Shown here: positions 39,331 through 53,799 of the stretch, one piece after another
Layout of the letters: each line of letters starts with the position of its first letter
Position numbering within the stretch: position 1 is the stretch's first letter
Source of the DNA: Octopus sinensis
Taxonomy: Eukaryota
Direction of reading: 5' to 3'
DNA: 64,000 bases
Assembly (NCBI RefSeq): GCF_006345805.1
Contig: NC_043024.1
Coordinates: forward strand, 8,680,001-8,744,000
Program-made: the position numbers and the translations under genes
The notes under the pieces: model-generated
Seen by the model: only the letters and a program-made list of their open reading frames with translations
What the model was told of the DNA's origin: nothing
The model's database searches: none

Positions 39331-40125
39331 AGACAAATAATATGGCTACTGGATTCACCCTACCTGAAATAAAGACAAAATAGGCATAGTATGAACCCCT
39401 CTGATCACATGACTGGTCATCCAGGACTGACCAGGGGTTAAATAGCTACAAATAGCTCAGACATATCTCTTTACTCTCTTTTACTCTTTTACTTGTTTCA
39501 GTCATTTGACTGTGGCCATGTTGGAGCACCGCCTTTAATCGAGCAACTCGACCCCAGGACTTATTCTTTGTAAGCCCAGTACTTATTCTATCGGTCTCTT
39601 TTGCCGAACCGCTAAGTGACGTGGACGTAAACACACCAGCATCGGTTGTCAAGTGATGTTGGGGGGACAAACACAGACACACAAACATACACGCATATAT
39701 ATATATATATATATACATATATACGACAGGCTTCTTTCAGTTTCCGTCTACCAAATCTACTCACAAGGCTATGGTCGGCCCAAAGCTATAGTAGAAGACA
39801 CTTGCCCGAGGTGCCACGCAGTGGGACTGAACCCGGAACCATGTGGTTGGTAAACAAGCTACTTACCACACAGCCACTCCTGCGCCTTACTTAGGAAAAG
39901 GAAAGCAAAGATACAGAAGCATTGATAATGACAATTCAAAACAATGCCAAACCTGGGAGAGGAAAACACAACCCAGAGTCGAGAACAGTGGAGAAAAGTA
40001 GTTGATGGCTTATGCTCCATAGGGAGCAAAGGGCTTAAGTTTGTAAAAGTCTAATGAGTATGCTAATACCTCAAAGGGGAGTTGCATAGGGCCAACACCC
40101 CTACACTATAAAAAGCAAAGTTATA

Positions 40126-40535
40126 TGTTTCTTTACTGCCCACAAGGGGCTAAACATAGAGGGGACAAACAAGGACAGACAGAGGTATTAAGTCGATTAC
40201 ATCAACCCCAATGCGGAACTGGTACTTTATTTATCGACCCCGAAAGGATGAAAGGCAAAGTCGACCTCGGCGGAATTTGAACTCAGAAAGTAACGGCAGA
40301 CGAAATACCTTTTTCTTTACTACCCACAAGGGGCTAAACACAGAGGGGACAAACAAGGACAGATAGAGGGATTAAGTCGATTACATCGACCCCAGTGTGG
40401 AACTGGTACTTTATTTATCGACCTCGAAAGGATGAAAGGCAAAGTCGACCTCGGCGGAATTTGAACTCAGAACGTAACGACAGACGAAATACCGTTAAGT
40501 ATTTTGCCTGGCGTGCTAACGATTCTGCCAGCTCA
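40126..40535 (-). mobile_element. 184-bp SINE dimer plus head
   Basis: Same family as 21815; an inverted partial copy lies at about 40725-40860. Confidence 0.85.
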
Positions 40536-41380
40536 ATGACAATTCAAAACCAACAAAACCTGGAAGAGAAAGACCTTTCATCAGGGAAACATTGGTGACA
40601 CAGGGCACCAAAATCCAAAAGGGAAAAAGAGGTGGGGAAGGAAAGAGCTAGAAAGGGAGAGAGGGAGACATAGGGAAAAAGAGACAAGAGAGGGAGAGGG
40701 AAAGGAGAGAGGTGGGGATGCCGACTTTGCCTTTCGTCCTTTCGGGGTTGATAAATAAAGTACCAGTTACGCACTGGGGTTGATGTAATCGTCTTAATCC
40801 GTGTGTCTGTCCTTGTTTGTCCCCTCTATGTTCAGCCCCTTGTGGGCAATAAAGAAATATATATGTATGCACAGAGAAAGGGTGGGGAGGGAGAGAGGGG
40901 GATACAGAGAAAAAGGGATAGGGGAGGAAGAAAGAGAGAAAGGAAACAAAGCCAGTATTTGACTGGTCCTTTATTTTGTTGGACCCAGAAAGATAAAAGG
41001 CAAAGGCGACCAAGGCACAATTTGAACTCAGAATGTGTAGCTACAGAATAAATACTGTAGGATAATTTGTACAACGGATTCTGCCAGTTGACAGAAGGAT
41101 AATTGGATAATAGAGTCCTAGATATATCTGTGTCAGTTCCTGTCCCCCTTATTTGAAAACTAGATGATGGTGAGTGGGAGAGAGTTGATTATATGTTAGG
41201 TGAATCAGAGCTGACTGGAGGCTAGACAGCATTACAAACAACAACAGTAACAACAACAACAATGGTAGCAGCAATAGCAAAAACATGAACAATAACAATA
41301 ACAACAGCAACAACAACAACGATAGCAACAACAAACACAATAAACATCAACAACAGCAGCAGCATCAGCAGCAACAACAA

Positions 41381-41935
41381 GTGGAGGCACAATGGCCCAG
41401 TGGTTAGGGCAGCAGACACGCGGTTGGAGGATCGCGGTTTCGATTCTCAGACTGGGCGTTGTGTGTGTTTATTGAGCGAAAACACCTAAAGCTCCACGAG
41501 GCTCGAGTAGGGATGGTGGCGACCCCTGTTGTACTCTTTCACCCCAACATCAAGTGGAGGTGCAATGGCCCAGTGGTTAGGGCAGCGGATTCGCTGTCAG
41601 ACGATCACGGTTTCTATTCCCAGACCGGGCGTAGTGTGTGTTTATTGAGCAAAAACACTTAAAGCTCCACGAGTCTCCGGCAGGGGGAGGTGGCGACCCC
41701 TGTTGTACTTTTTCGCTCCAACTTTCTCTCACTCTTTCTTCCTGTTTCTTGTCCCCGACTACCTACGCAACCGCTGAGACTAGATGTGCATTCATCCATC
41801 CGTCGATGCTCTCGGTGTCGGGGGTTGACCTGCTTTCTCTTCTGCGAGTCTTATGAATAACAAAGGACCATGTTTCGGACTTCTCCCATCTTGCGAGCTC
41901 TGGGTTGAAGACCATTCGCTCAACAGCAACAGCAG
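41381..41935 (+). mobile_element. Truncated plus full tRNA-derived SINE (tail type E)
   Basis: Heads at about 41381 and 41552; distinct tail ending GACCATTCGCTCAACAGC. Confidence 0.8.
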
Positions 41936-42160
41936 CAGCAGCAACAACAATAGTAACAACAAACACAATAAACATCAACAACAACACAGGCACAGGAGTG
42001 GCTGTATGGTAAGTAGCTTGCTTACCAACCACATGGTTTCGGGTTCAGTCCCACTACGTGGCACCTTGGGCAAGTGTCTTCTACTATAGCCTCGGGCCGA
42101 CCAAAGCGCTGTGAGTGAATTTGGTAGACAGAAACTGAAAGAAGCCCATCGTATGTATAT

Positions 42161-42221
<61 letters not shown>

Positions 42222-42227
<6 letters not shown>

Positions 42228-42430
42228 TAATCCAAACAAGAAAGCACAAAAAAAACACAACAACGTGAGGACGTGGAACAAATATAGTATTATTGGACGC
42301 TCAGGAAAGAAGGAAAGAAGGAGGGTTTAACGTTTCGAGCGGAGCTCTTCGTCGGAAACATAGGAGAAGGAAAGATCCAGAGAAGGGAAGACAGGAAAAA
42401 AAATCGCCAACGGTACACACGAGGTCACAT
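42222..42430 (-). mobile_element. Penelope-like fragment with a degenerate hammerhead, inserted in the microsatellite of a SINE
   Basis: Minus strand reads GTTT-CCGACGA-A-GAGC-TCC-GCTC-GAAA-CGTT-AAAC at about 42325-42358. Confidence 0.6.
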
Positions 42431-42693
42431 GTATGTATGTGTGTGTATATGTTTGTGTGTCTGTGTTTGTTCCCCACCAACATCGCTTGACAACCGATGC
42501 TGGTGTGTTTATGTCCCTGTAACTTAGTGGTTCAGCAAAAGAGACCGATAGAACAAGTACTAGGCTTACAAAGAATATGTCCTGGGTCGATTTGCTCGAC
42601 TAAAGGCGGCGCTCCAGCATGGCCACAGTCAAATGACTGAAACAAGTAAAAGAGTAAAAGAGTAATTAAAATTATAAGAAATGTCAAACTTAC

Positions 42694-42752
42694 CAGTGTT
42701 TATGTGTTGTTAACACAGCAGAGGGAACTACATCAGCTTTCTTTAGAGCTGC
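42694..42752 (-). CDS. PNKD: PNKD-like exon (AALKKADVVPSAVLTTHKH-W), carrying the THxH metal-binding motif
   Basis: 59-nt exon; acceptor cttctcttgtag, donor TG|gtaagt; phase 0 to phase 2. TTHKHW is the first half of the glyoxalase II THxHxDH motif. Confidence 0.93.
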
Positions 42753-43261
42753 CTACAAGAGAAGAAAAAATATAGCTTTTAAAAACTGTTTAATAAAATG
42801 CAGGTAAATACAGGTGTCTAAATGAGATGATAAATACATATTTTAACCCTTTTAACCTAACCCACCTCAGACTATCCCTGGTTCTATAATACAAACTCCC
42901 TGTTATATATAAGTCATCGTTGTCTTTTATCATAGGCCTGCAGTTCCTTGATGACACTACAATAAAAGTCTTCCCAATTAAGTGCGAGTTCTCCAGCTGC
43001 CTGGTCATTCTTGGCCTGTCAGCTCTTGATGTTCTCCCCCCATTGGGTTCTTTGATTGCCTCTTGATTTACTGCCCTCTACTCATCTTCTATGATGATGT
43101 TTTCCAGACTTCTACTTCTTCCAATATGGCCATGATACACCAGGGGGTGCCACAAAGTTCCTGGCTTTAAGGGTATCATGAAAGGCCTGATTGAGGGCCC
43201 AACCTTCTGAGTTCTTTTACAGGGCCTAGAAAAACTGAAGGACCACTGCAATAAGTATGTG

Positions 43262-43292
<31 letters not shown>

Positions 43293-43366
43293 ATATATAT
43301 ATTGGTAAAAACGGTAAGATAACAAAAGAAAGAAGGAGACCTCAATATATGGAAATAGAGGAAACT

Positions 43367-43454
43367 TATCTGTAAATTAATATGTTACCATTATTCTGAA
43401 ACTCAGAGTTTTATCTTGACTAATGAATAATGGTAACATATTAATTTACAGATA
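43367..43454. repeat. Perfect hairpin (30-bp arms) next to (TA)n
   Basis: TATCTGTAAATTAATATGTTACCATTATTC / GAATAATGGTAACATATTAATTTACAGATA. Confidence 0.9.
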
Positions 43455-43638
43455 TATATATAATATATAATATATATATTATATATTATATATATTATAT
43501 ATTATATATATATATAATATATAATATATATATTATATATTATATATATTATATATAATATATATATATTATATATATATATATTAATATATATATATAC
43601 ATATATATATACACATATATACATATATATATACACAC

Positions 43639-43693
<55 letters not shown>

Positions 43694-43708
43694 CATATAT
43701 ATATACAC

Positions 43709-43756
<48 letters not shown>

Positions 43757-44306
43757 TATATATACATATATATATATATAATATATATATATATAGATAT
43801 ATATATAATATATATATATACATATATATGTATGCATATAGATAGAAACCTGCGACAGACCGGTGTCCCGTCCAGGTGAGGAACCTATACACCAAGGAAA
43901 CCGGCCCTTATGAGCCAGGTATGGCTCGAGAAGGAACAAACAATTACAACAGGCTTTTGTGCAGAAACTCAACAAAATCCCATCAGTGAATTGAACCTGT
44001 GACTAATGAGTAGGTAGTCCAAATAACATATTCACTCATCCATACAACTGCAACAGTACATCAACATACCTTATGTATTTTGGGGCTTATTTTACTAATT
44101 GACTCCTGTTGACGCACTACACAAATTGTCGGCAATCTCCTAAAATTCTAGTGATTATCTTTGATTGTACGAGAAAATTGGTTTTTTTTATATATATATA
44201 TATAGTTGTGTACTCAGACACCAGATAGTAGATCAATGATTAGATACAATTAGATGTTAACACAACGATATATCCTGTTAACCGTTCTTCAGTCTCTCTC
44301 ACTCTT

Positions 44307-44381
<75 letters not shown>

Positions 44382-44420
44382 TTATATATATGTATATATA
44401 TATATATGTATATATATATA

Positions 44421-44455
<35 letters not shown>

Positions 44456-44542
44456 TTATATATACATATATATATACATATATACATATATATATATTAT
44501 ATATACATATATATATATATCATATATATATATATACATATA

Positions 44543-44600
<58 letters not shown>

Positions 44601-44742
44601 TATATATAGATATATATATAAATTTTAGGGTAGCAAAAAAATTCTCGAAAAATTCTCCGCTACCAGTGGTCTAGCGAAAAGGAAAAAATAGTCAATAGAC
44701 TATATATATATGTATATATGTATGTGTGTGTATATATCAAAA

Positions 44743-47158
44743 TCATCGTCATTTAACATCTGTTGTCCATGCTTGCATGGGCTGGACAGTTTGACCAGGG
44801 CTGGTAAGCTGGAAGGTTGCACCAGACTCCAGTCTGATTTGGCATGGTTTTCTACAGCAGGCTGCCCTTCCTAATGCCAACCACTCTGAGAGTGTAATGG
44901 GTACTTTTATGTGCCACCAGCATGGGTGCCATTTGCATGACACCAGTATCTGCCATGACTGCGATTTTGCTTGGCTTGATGGATCTTCTCACACACGGCA
45001 TAATGCCAAAGGTCTTGGTCATTACCTTCTTGAGGCCCAACACTCGAAAGAAACTCAGCCACTTTGCTTCCAAGAGGCCCAACACTCAAAAGGTGCTCTT
45101 TACATGCCACTGGAACAGGTACCAGTTACATTTCACAAGCATCAGCCACGACTATGATTACACTTGGCTTGACGGGTCTTTTCAAGCACAGCATATTGCC
45201 AATGGTCTCGGTCAGTAGTCATTGCCTCTGTGAGGCTCAAAGTTCGAAGATCATGCTTCACCACTTCATCTCATGTCTTCCTGGGTCTGCCTCTACCACA
45301 GGTTCCCTCCACAGTTAGAGATTGGCACTTCTTTACACAGCTGTCCTTGTCCATACACATCAAATCACCATACCAGCGCAGTTGTCTCTCTTTCACACCA
45401 CATCTGATGCCTCTTATGTCTAACTTTTCTCTCAAGATGCTTACACTCTTTCAAACATGCACACTGACATTGCACATCCAGCAGAGCATACTGGTTTCAT
45501 TCCTTTCAAGCCTACGCATGTCCTTGACTGTCACGGGCATCATACAATCTGCCTTTCACTCTGAGAGAGAAAGGCCAGCAGAAGTAGGAGCTCTCTGAAC
45601 TTTGCCCAGCCAAATCTTATTCTTACAGCTATGCTCTTGGTGCATCCACCTCCACTACTAACTTGGTCACCTACATAACGGAAGCTATCTACTACCTCTA
45701 GCTTGCCCACCTGGCAGTTGATGGCAGTTTCTACACATTTTCAGCATTTATTGTACCTGTGCATCTCCCAAATACAAAAGCTAGTTTCCCTGTTAACCTT
45801 CCTCTGATATTACTGCACCTTTTGTGTGTCCAAAGCTTACATCAGATGCATCTTATGGAGTTTCTACCTACGCCTTTTCTACAGATCGAGCAGGGCCATC
45901 TACCTGAAAGGATTTGTGATTTGTCTGCCTTCCTACTTAGTAAGACTTTGGTTTTTGCTAGGTTAACTCTAAGGCCCTTTGATTCTAGACCTTGAGTCTG
46001 TACCTTGAACTTCTCAAGTTCTGATAATGATTCAGCAAGGTCATCAACAAAGAGGAGTTCCTAGGGGCAGCCTGTCTTAAATTCCTCTGTTATTGTCTGG
46101 AGGACTATGATAAACAAGATGGGGCTGAACACCAATCCTTGGTGAACCCCTACCTGTACATTGAATTCTTTGCTGTACTCATTGTCAACCCTCATCTTAC
46201 TCGTAGCATCCCTGTACATAGCTTGTACAGCTCTCACCAACTAACTGTCTACCCCTAGTTTCCACATTGACCAATAGATAAGGGATCGAGGGACCCATCA
46301 TCACTGCAGACAAATTTCTCTCCTATGACATCACAATTTCCTCTCACATACTGTCTTGCAATCCGAAACACTTCAGTTCTTTGGTCCTCACATCACTGAA
46401 CAGAGGCAAACTTCTTTTCTGCTTCTCCCTTGGTTAGATATACCTATTTCTTTATTACCCACAAGGGGCTAAACACAGAGGGGACAAGCAAGGACAGACA
46501 TAGGTATTAAGTCGATTACATTGACCCCAGTGTGTAACTGGTACTTAATTCATTAACCCCGAAAGGATGAAAGGCAAAGTCGACCTCGGCAGAATTTGAA
46601 CTCACAACATAACGGCAGACAAAATACCTACTTTTTTACTACCCACAAGGGGCTAAACATAGAGGGGACAAACAAGGACAGACAAATGGATTAAGTCGAT
46701 TACATCGACCCCAGTGCGTAACTGGTACTTAATTCATCGACCCCGAAAGGATGAAAGGCAAAGTCGACCTCGGCGGAATTTGAACTCACAACGTGACAGC
46801 AGACAAAATACCGCAAAGCATTTCGCCCGGCATGCTAATGTTTCTGCCAGCTCGCCGCCTTTAGATATATCTGTCCCCTAGCTTCCCCTCTGGCTATCTG
46901 ATACAGTTCCCTGCTACCCCCACTCTTCCGGGCCCTCCAGGCCTATTTCTTTGCTGTAAGGGCCCAGTCTGCCGCATCATTCCATTACCACATTACCCTA
47001 GGACTTTGCACCAGCTGCAGATTTGGTCTGTGGTACTCAGAAGACTGTCCTGCAGGAATTCCCAGTTGCCCTCTATGTCGCAAGTCTACAGCTCCTCCTT
47101 CCTCTCATCAAATTTCTCAATTAGCATGTCCCTAAATCTCTGACCATATGAAGGGTCT
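44743..47158 (-). mobile_element. Degenerate RTE-like LINE with reverse transcriptase remnant, interrupted by a SINE dimer
   Basis: Minus strand reads QVGVHQGLVFSPILFIIVLQ...CP*ELLFVDDLA near 46040-46160; ATG-repeat-like tail at 44743. Confidence 0.85.
46441..46860 (-). mobile_element. 184-bp SINE dimer plus head, inserted in the LINE
   Basis: Apparent TSD TTAGATATA on both sides. Confidence 0.85.
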
Positions 47159-47989
47159 TTAACCCTTTAGTGTTCACATTATTCTGCCAAAATTATGCTT
47201 CTTCATCCACATTGTTTTGAACTGATCATGCATTATCTTGTAGCTATGAGATTTTGATGAGGTAGCTGTTAATTTTTAAAACGACATTGTAGGGTTGGTG
47301 TGAGAGACCAGATCTGGCCAGTTTGAACATAAAACAGGCAGAATACTTCTGGCTGGATATGGTTGGTTTAAATGCTAAAGTTTTTAAACTTCCAAATCCT
47401 TCTCTTCCAGATTGGCCTGCTTCTTGGCATCCTTCTAAAATGGAGTCTAAAATCACTAATGACTAGTCTATGCTGGGCGGCCGGGGGATGGGGAGGGGGT
47501 ACATTCTTCCCCAGGGAGGGTCTTTGTGTTTAGCAGCAACCATGCATCTCGCTATCTGGTGAGAATGTATTCAATTTGGTTAGCATAGTCACCTGACTGG
47601 TAGGTTATCAGGTGGCTGGCTGGCTTCCTAAATTTGTTGTAGCAGATCAATATGTGTATCTATATATGTATCTACCTATCTACCTTATCTATCTCTCTGC
47701 TTACCTACATAACTACCAGCCTACTAATGTACCTACCTACCTACTGACCTTCCAACACACACACACCTACCTACCTATCTACATAATCAATCTATCTATC
47801 TATCTATCTATTTCTTTCTTTTTTTTTTTTGTTCTTTTTTTCCCTTTTACGATCCCTCTTGATCGAAAACCTACGACAACCCCTTTTTTTGTTTCTTTTG
47901 TTTTTTGTTTTTTTCATCCCCCAAAAGAAAAGCTCTACCTTGTAACTTGTCCCATCTGTGTGCAGCCCTGTGTGGCCAATAAAGAAACT

Positions 47990-48775
<786 letters not shown>

Positions 48776-49180
48776 ATGAAGCCTTTCTTTAAAAGTTTAC
48801 TGATCAGCTATGAAGCAATCTTCCCAGACCTAACAATTATTGCATTCTTCAAATGACATGTTACCTTACTAGTTCTAATTACCTAAAACCACTTACCCTG
48901 GGTATTTCCTCATTTTTCTCTTCTTATTCACCAATTTATAAAACACTGTTTTCTGTTTATTTAAATGAGATATGCTGCTATATTGATATTTCTAACTTTG
49001 GTACAAAGTCAGGGCTATTTAGCAGAAGGGGACACAGCAGTTAATTTAGTCAATTGAAGTACTTCATTTCATTTTTGTTTCATTTTCATCTAGTTTCAGC
49101 TCACGAGCTGTGGCCATGCTGGGGCACCGCCATTAGCCGAAAGGAATCGACCCCAGGACTTATTCTTTGTAAGCCTAGTA

Positions 49181-49729
49181 CAAAATCTCTCGTGGAAGCG
49201 CCATCCAACCAGAATGCAAATATATGGGAAACTACCACCTGTATCATCTCAGAGAGCCATAGGTTGCAGGGTTGTTGAGATTTCAAACTTAAAATCTTCA
49301 AAGCCACAGTCGAACCAATTCTACTATATGGCTCAGAAACCTGGACGTTATCAAAGAAGCTCGAGAGGCGGTTGGATGGAACTTACACTCGCCTCCTTAT
49401 GAGAGCTCAAAATCTCTCGTGGAAGCGCCATCCAACCAAAGTACAAATATATGGGAAACTACCACCTGCGTCATCTCTTGTGAAATGTAGAAGTGTTCAG
49501 TTTGCTGGACATTGTTGTAGAGCTGAAAAAGAGGTAATTTCTACTCTTCTCCTCTGGAAGCCATCTACTCGCAATACCAGAGGGCGCACACTCTCCTACC
49601 CTGATGTAATCTCCAGGGATACAGGCATCCAGCAACAGGACCTCCGTAATGCCATGATGGACTGTGAAGTCTGGCGTAGCATGGTAAATTCCATTGTCTC
49701 GACCACGGTCGAACAATGATGATGATGAC
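49181..49729 (+). mobile_element. RTE-like LINE 3' fragment with (GAT)n tail, inserted in a SINE
   Basis: ORF 49372-49719 reads ..FAGHCCRAEKEVISTLLLW..RGR..Y.DVISRDTG..AMMD..VWR; host SINE sequence resumes on both sides. Confidence 0.78.
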
Positions 49730-51338
49730 TTATTCTATCGGCCTCTTTTGCCGAACCGCTAAGTTATGGGGATGTAAGCACACCAGCACCGGTTGTCAAG
49801 CGATGTCGGTGGGGGACAAAGTATTTCATCCATATTTCTCAGAGGGTCACGGGCAATAGAGTCCTCAGTCACATCCTTGATACGGTCCTATCAGGAGCAA
49901 CCATTATTATACTTTCCAGATGAATTCCTAAGTCTGACCAACTGAGACTACACATATTATCCAACCTTCTCATTCTTGGTCTACCCCTTGGTCTACCCCT
50001 TGGTCTACCCCTGGGTGGCTCAGCTTCAAGAGTCTGTCTTGGATGCTAGAATCACAGGTTCTGGCACAGTAATGTGCTAAATTGAGCCCCAACACTTATT
50101 TTTCAAATCTAGTACTTATTCTGTCAATATCTTTTGATGAACTGCTAAGCCACAGTGATATAAACAAGCTTACAAACTACAGAATTTTTCTCAATAAAGC
50201 CAAGAGAAAAAGATGTTTTATAAACACATTCTACCAGTATACAAAGTTTTAAAATGTTTAGTTACGAAGAAATTATTTTAAAAATCTGCCGGTCAAAGCG
50301 AAAAGATCCTAAAATTTGACTTCCAGTGTAGTAATAGAAGGAATGCTCAATCTAAAGCAGTGATGGTTCAAATTCATATGACTACACCACTCTTTTTCTC
50401 ATAAATAACAGTGACAAATTCATATGACATGGCATATAATTGTTGTTGACAAAGATCCAGAGATACTGTATTCACCTCAATAGATGCCGTTGATTGATTG
50501 AAATTGCCGAAATGCAAGAAATTAAACAACAAATAGCTTACAAACTACAGAATTTTCTCAATAAAGCCAAGAGAAAAAGATGTTTTATGTAACACATTCT
50601 ACCAGTATACGAAGTTTAAAAGTGTTTAGTTACAAAGAAATTATTTTTTAAATTTGCCGGTCAAAGCGAAAAGATCCTAAAGTTTGACTTCCAGTGTAGT
50701 AATAGAAGGAATGCTCAATCTAAAGCAACGATGGCTCAAAATCATAGGACTACACCACTATCAGTAAACTGCTTTCATAAACTATTTTCATTCAAAACCT
50801 AGCAGCAACTTTAGTGGCACACTTTTTAAAAAAATTTTTTGTTACACCTCTTAGAACCTGATCTTTCTAACACAATCATGGATTTAGTCCATGTGGCCAG
50901 GAGTTAAAAAGCATTATTTCACCACTGTAATCAATAGGAGCATTGTTGTAAAACTTATAAACATCAAGTCTTTTGTTAGGCTCTTCTCATGAGTCTATAC
51001 GAATGGCAGTGAGAAACTACTGTTACATTGTGTCATTCATTCATCTATTCATTTATTCAAACATCTGATAAATACTTCTCTTTAGTGGTGGCCTCAATAG
51101 TGACATAAATCAAAGATAGATATTTATTTCAACCAACTGTTTTATGTAAGATTACAAAAAATATAGCTATTTTCAAGCTGGAAGTCAGCTAGACAATCAA
51201 ACAGTAAAGTTCTCCGCCTAAATCTCTCCTTTCACAACACTCCTGTTTTATTTCAGAAAGAAAAGGAAAAAAATACAAAAATCAGTATAGGAAGGCATTT
51301 TAAGGAGCTCACTTTGCAACCACGTGGTTTTAAGTTAA

Positions 51339-51557
51339 CCCTTTTGTGTTCAGATTATTCAATCAAACATAATGCCTATTGATTCCCATTGATTAGAATT
51401 AATCATGCATTATCTCATATCTTCAAGATCTTGATGGTGTAATTACTTAATGTAGAATAACATTGTAGGGTAGGTGTGAGAGCCTGGATCTGGTCAGTTT
51501 GAACATAAAACAGATTAGCTATTTTGGCCGGATATGGCCGATTTAAATACTAAAGGG
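51339..51557. mobile_element. piggyBac-type MITE (219 bp)
   Basis: TTAA-CCCTTT ... AAAGGG-TTAA. Confidence 0.87.
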
Positions 51558-51935
51558 TTAAGTTAATTTTTTGGCTCAAAAAGCAAAAAGCAAGGCCATG
51601 TAGGGGGACATGGAGTTATGTACAGGGAGGGTATTCATGCAAAGAGTTCAGGCCATTTCTGGTCAAGGGAGACTTTGAACCGAGAGGTCATCGGCATCTT
51701 CACTATCTCGTTCGGCAGCTTATTCCACGGATCCGCAACCCGGACGGAGAAAGCCCCTCTCCTTCGATTGAGATGAAATCGTCGTAGATAGAGCTTTTCA
51801 GAGTCACCCCGCAGCCGACGCTTTGGAGCAGGAGTGAAGAACAGCTCTTTCGAGAGGTTACACTTTCCGCTTATGATGTTGATCCCACTATGTGGCGTGG
51901 TGCATTGTGTTGTAATTAGCTCTTGTAAATGCATA
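51558..51935 (-). mobile_element. CR1-group LINE 3' fragment
   Basis: ORF reads ..RRGAFSVRVADPWNKLPNEIV...FKVSLD. Confidence 0.85.
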
Positions 51936-52701
51936 GGGAGCTTACAAGAAAGGGTTGTATGTGTCTGGCCATTGTAACAGATGAAACTGTGAAGTTTGTA
52001 ACCTTCTCTTTTCCAGTCATTTTTAACATGTTCTTATTTATTTTATTTTCTTTCTTTTCTTTGTTTCAGTCATTTGACTGCGGCCATTCTGGAGCACCAC
52101 CTTTAGCCGAAACGAATTGACCCCAGGACTTATTCTTTGTAAGCCTAGTACTTATTCTATCGGTCTCTTTTGCCAAACCGCTAAGCTACGGGGATGTAAA
52201 CATACCAGCACCGGTTGTCAAGCGATGTCCGGGGGACAAACACAGACATACAAACATATATGTATATATAATATATATATATAATATTCTTTACGGGCTA
52301 TTCTTTACTGGAAAGCAATACTCTCGTATTGCATTACTATTTTCATTGAAACTTCTTCACTGTTCTCGCTCTGTTAACGTTTTGGCGTTCAGACGAGTGT
52401 ACTGGTATAGATGTGGCAACATTTGAAATATTGTTGAGGTTTATGCAGCTGATGAGGATAAATCAATTATACGATTGGCATTCGTATTTTGAAAAATCCG
52501 AAACCAGTACTGCATTATCCGTTATCTAGGTTTTTCATTTTTCAGATGTTCTTCCTAGAGGTAAGACAATTTTTTTCATGTTTGTTACACACACGCATCT
52601 TTACTAGTACATACGCAGTGAAGCTATACATTAGCGTCGTATTTATTACGTTTGCTATTTCCAGTAAATATCGGTGCTTCGTTGTACCATTTATTTACTT
52701 T

Positions 52702-52745
<44 letters not shown>

Positions 52746-52787
52746 TTGTTGTGCAAGATTTTTATGTGAAATCGTGAGTTGAAACAG

Positions 52788-52912
52788 ATATTGTTGTATT
52801 TCGGAATGGTTATTTTTCCAGTTTACACTGAAGCAAAGTAACACCAACTATATAGTGCGTGTGTTTTTATTGGCTAAACTGGCAAAATGACCATTCCGAA
52901 ATACAACAATAT
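52788..52912. repeat. Hairpin (38-bp arms) between (TA)n tracts
   Basis: ATATTGTTGTATTTCGGAATGG..CCAGTTTA / TAAACTGG..CCATTCCGAAATACAACAATAT. Confidence 0.85.
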
Positions 52913-53369
52913 ATATATATATATATACACGACAGGTTTCTGTCTACCAAATCCACTCACAAGGCTTTGATCAGCCTGAGGCTACAGTAGAAGACACTTG
53001 CCCAAGATGCCATGTAGTGGGACTGAACCTGTAACCATGTGGTTGGTAAGCAAGCTACTTACCACACAGCCACTCCTGCGCTTATGGTTACATACTTGTA
53101 ACATGTTGTTAATAAGGTAACAAGTTGGCAAAATAGTTAGCATGCTGGGCAAAATACTTAGTGACATTTCATCTGTCTTTACATTCTGACTTGAACTTCT
53201 ACTGGGGTTGACTTTGCCATTCTTCTTATTGGGGTCACTAAAATAGGTACAAGTTGTGCACTGGGGTTGATGTAATTGAATTATCTCATCCCTCGAACTT
53301 GCTGGCCTTGTGCTAAAATTTGAAACCAACAAGGAATTTTTTGATCTTATAGTTTTTGTAATATTTTAC

Positions 53370-53799
53370 GGATCTTTTCGGTTTGAACGGTAGTTTTTTC
53401 TAGCGGTGTCATATGAAATTGTCACCCATAATTATGACCCTAGTATCGATCGATCTATTGCTTTTAAATCTGTTTTAGGGTTAGGGTTAGTTAGGGTTAG
53501 GGGTGGGGGAAGGGTATCTTTTTTTCTTCAGAAATGTAAATAAACCCAATCTGCTTCTTAAACGAGGGACATATTCATATGGCACAGAATGTTTTTTACC
53601 TCAACAGACGTCATTGATTGGTTGAAATTGCAGAAATTGAAGAAAAAACAACAAATATCTTTACAAACTATAGAATTTTCTCAATAAAGCCAAGAGAAAA
53701 AGATGTTTTATAAACACATTCTACCAGTATTCGAAGTTTAAAAGTGTTTAGTTATGTGGAAATTATTTTAAAAAACTGCCGTTCAAACCGAAAAGATCC
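53370..53799 (+). mobile_element. MITE with GGATCTTTTCGGTTTGAACGG TIRs and internal TTAGGG repeats
   Basis: Both TIRs are intact; an oppositely oriented copy lies at 59673-60071. Confidence 0.88.
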
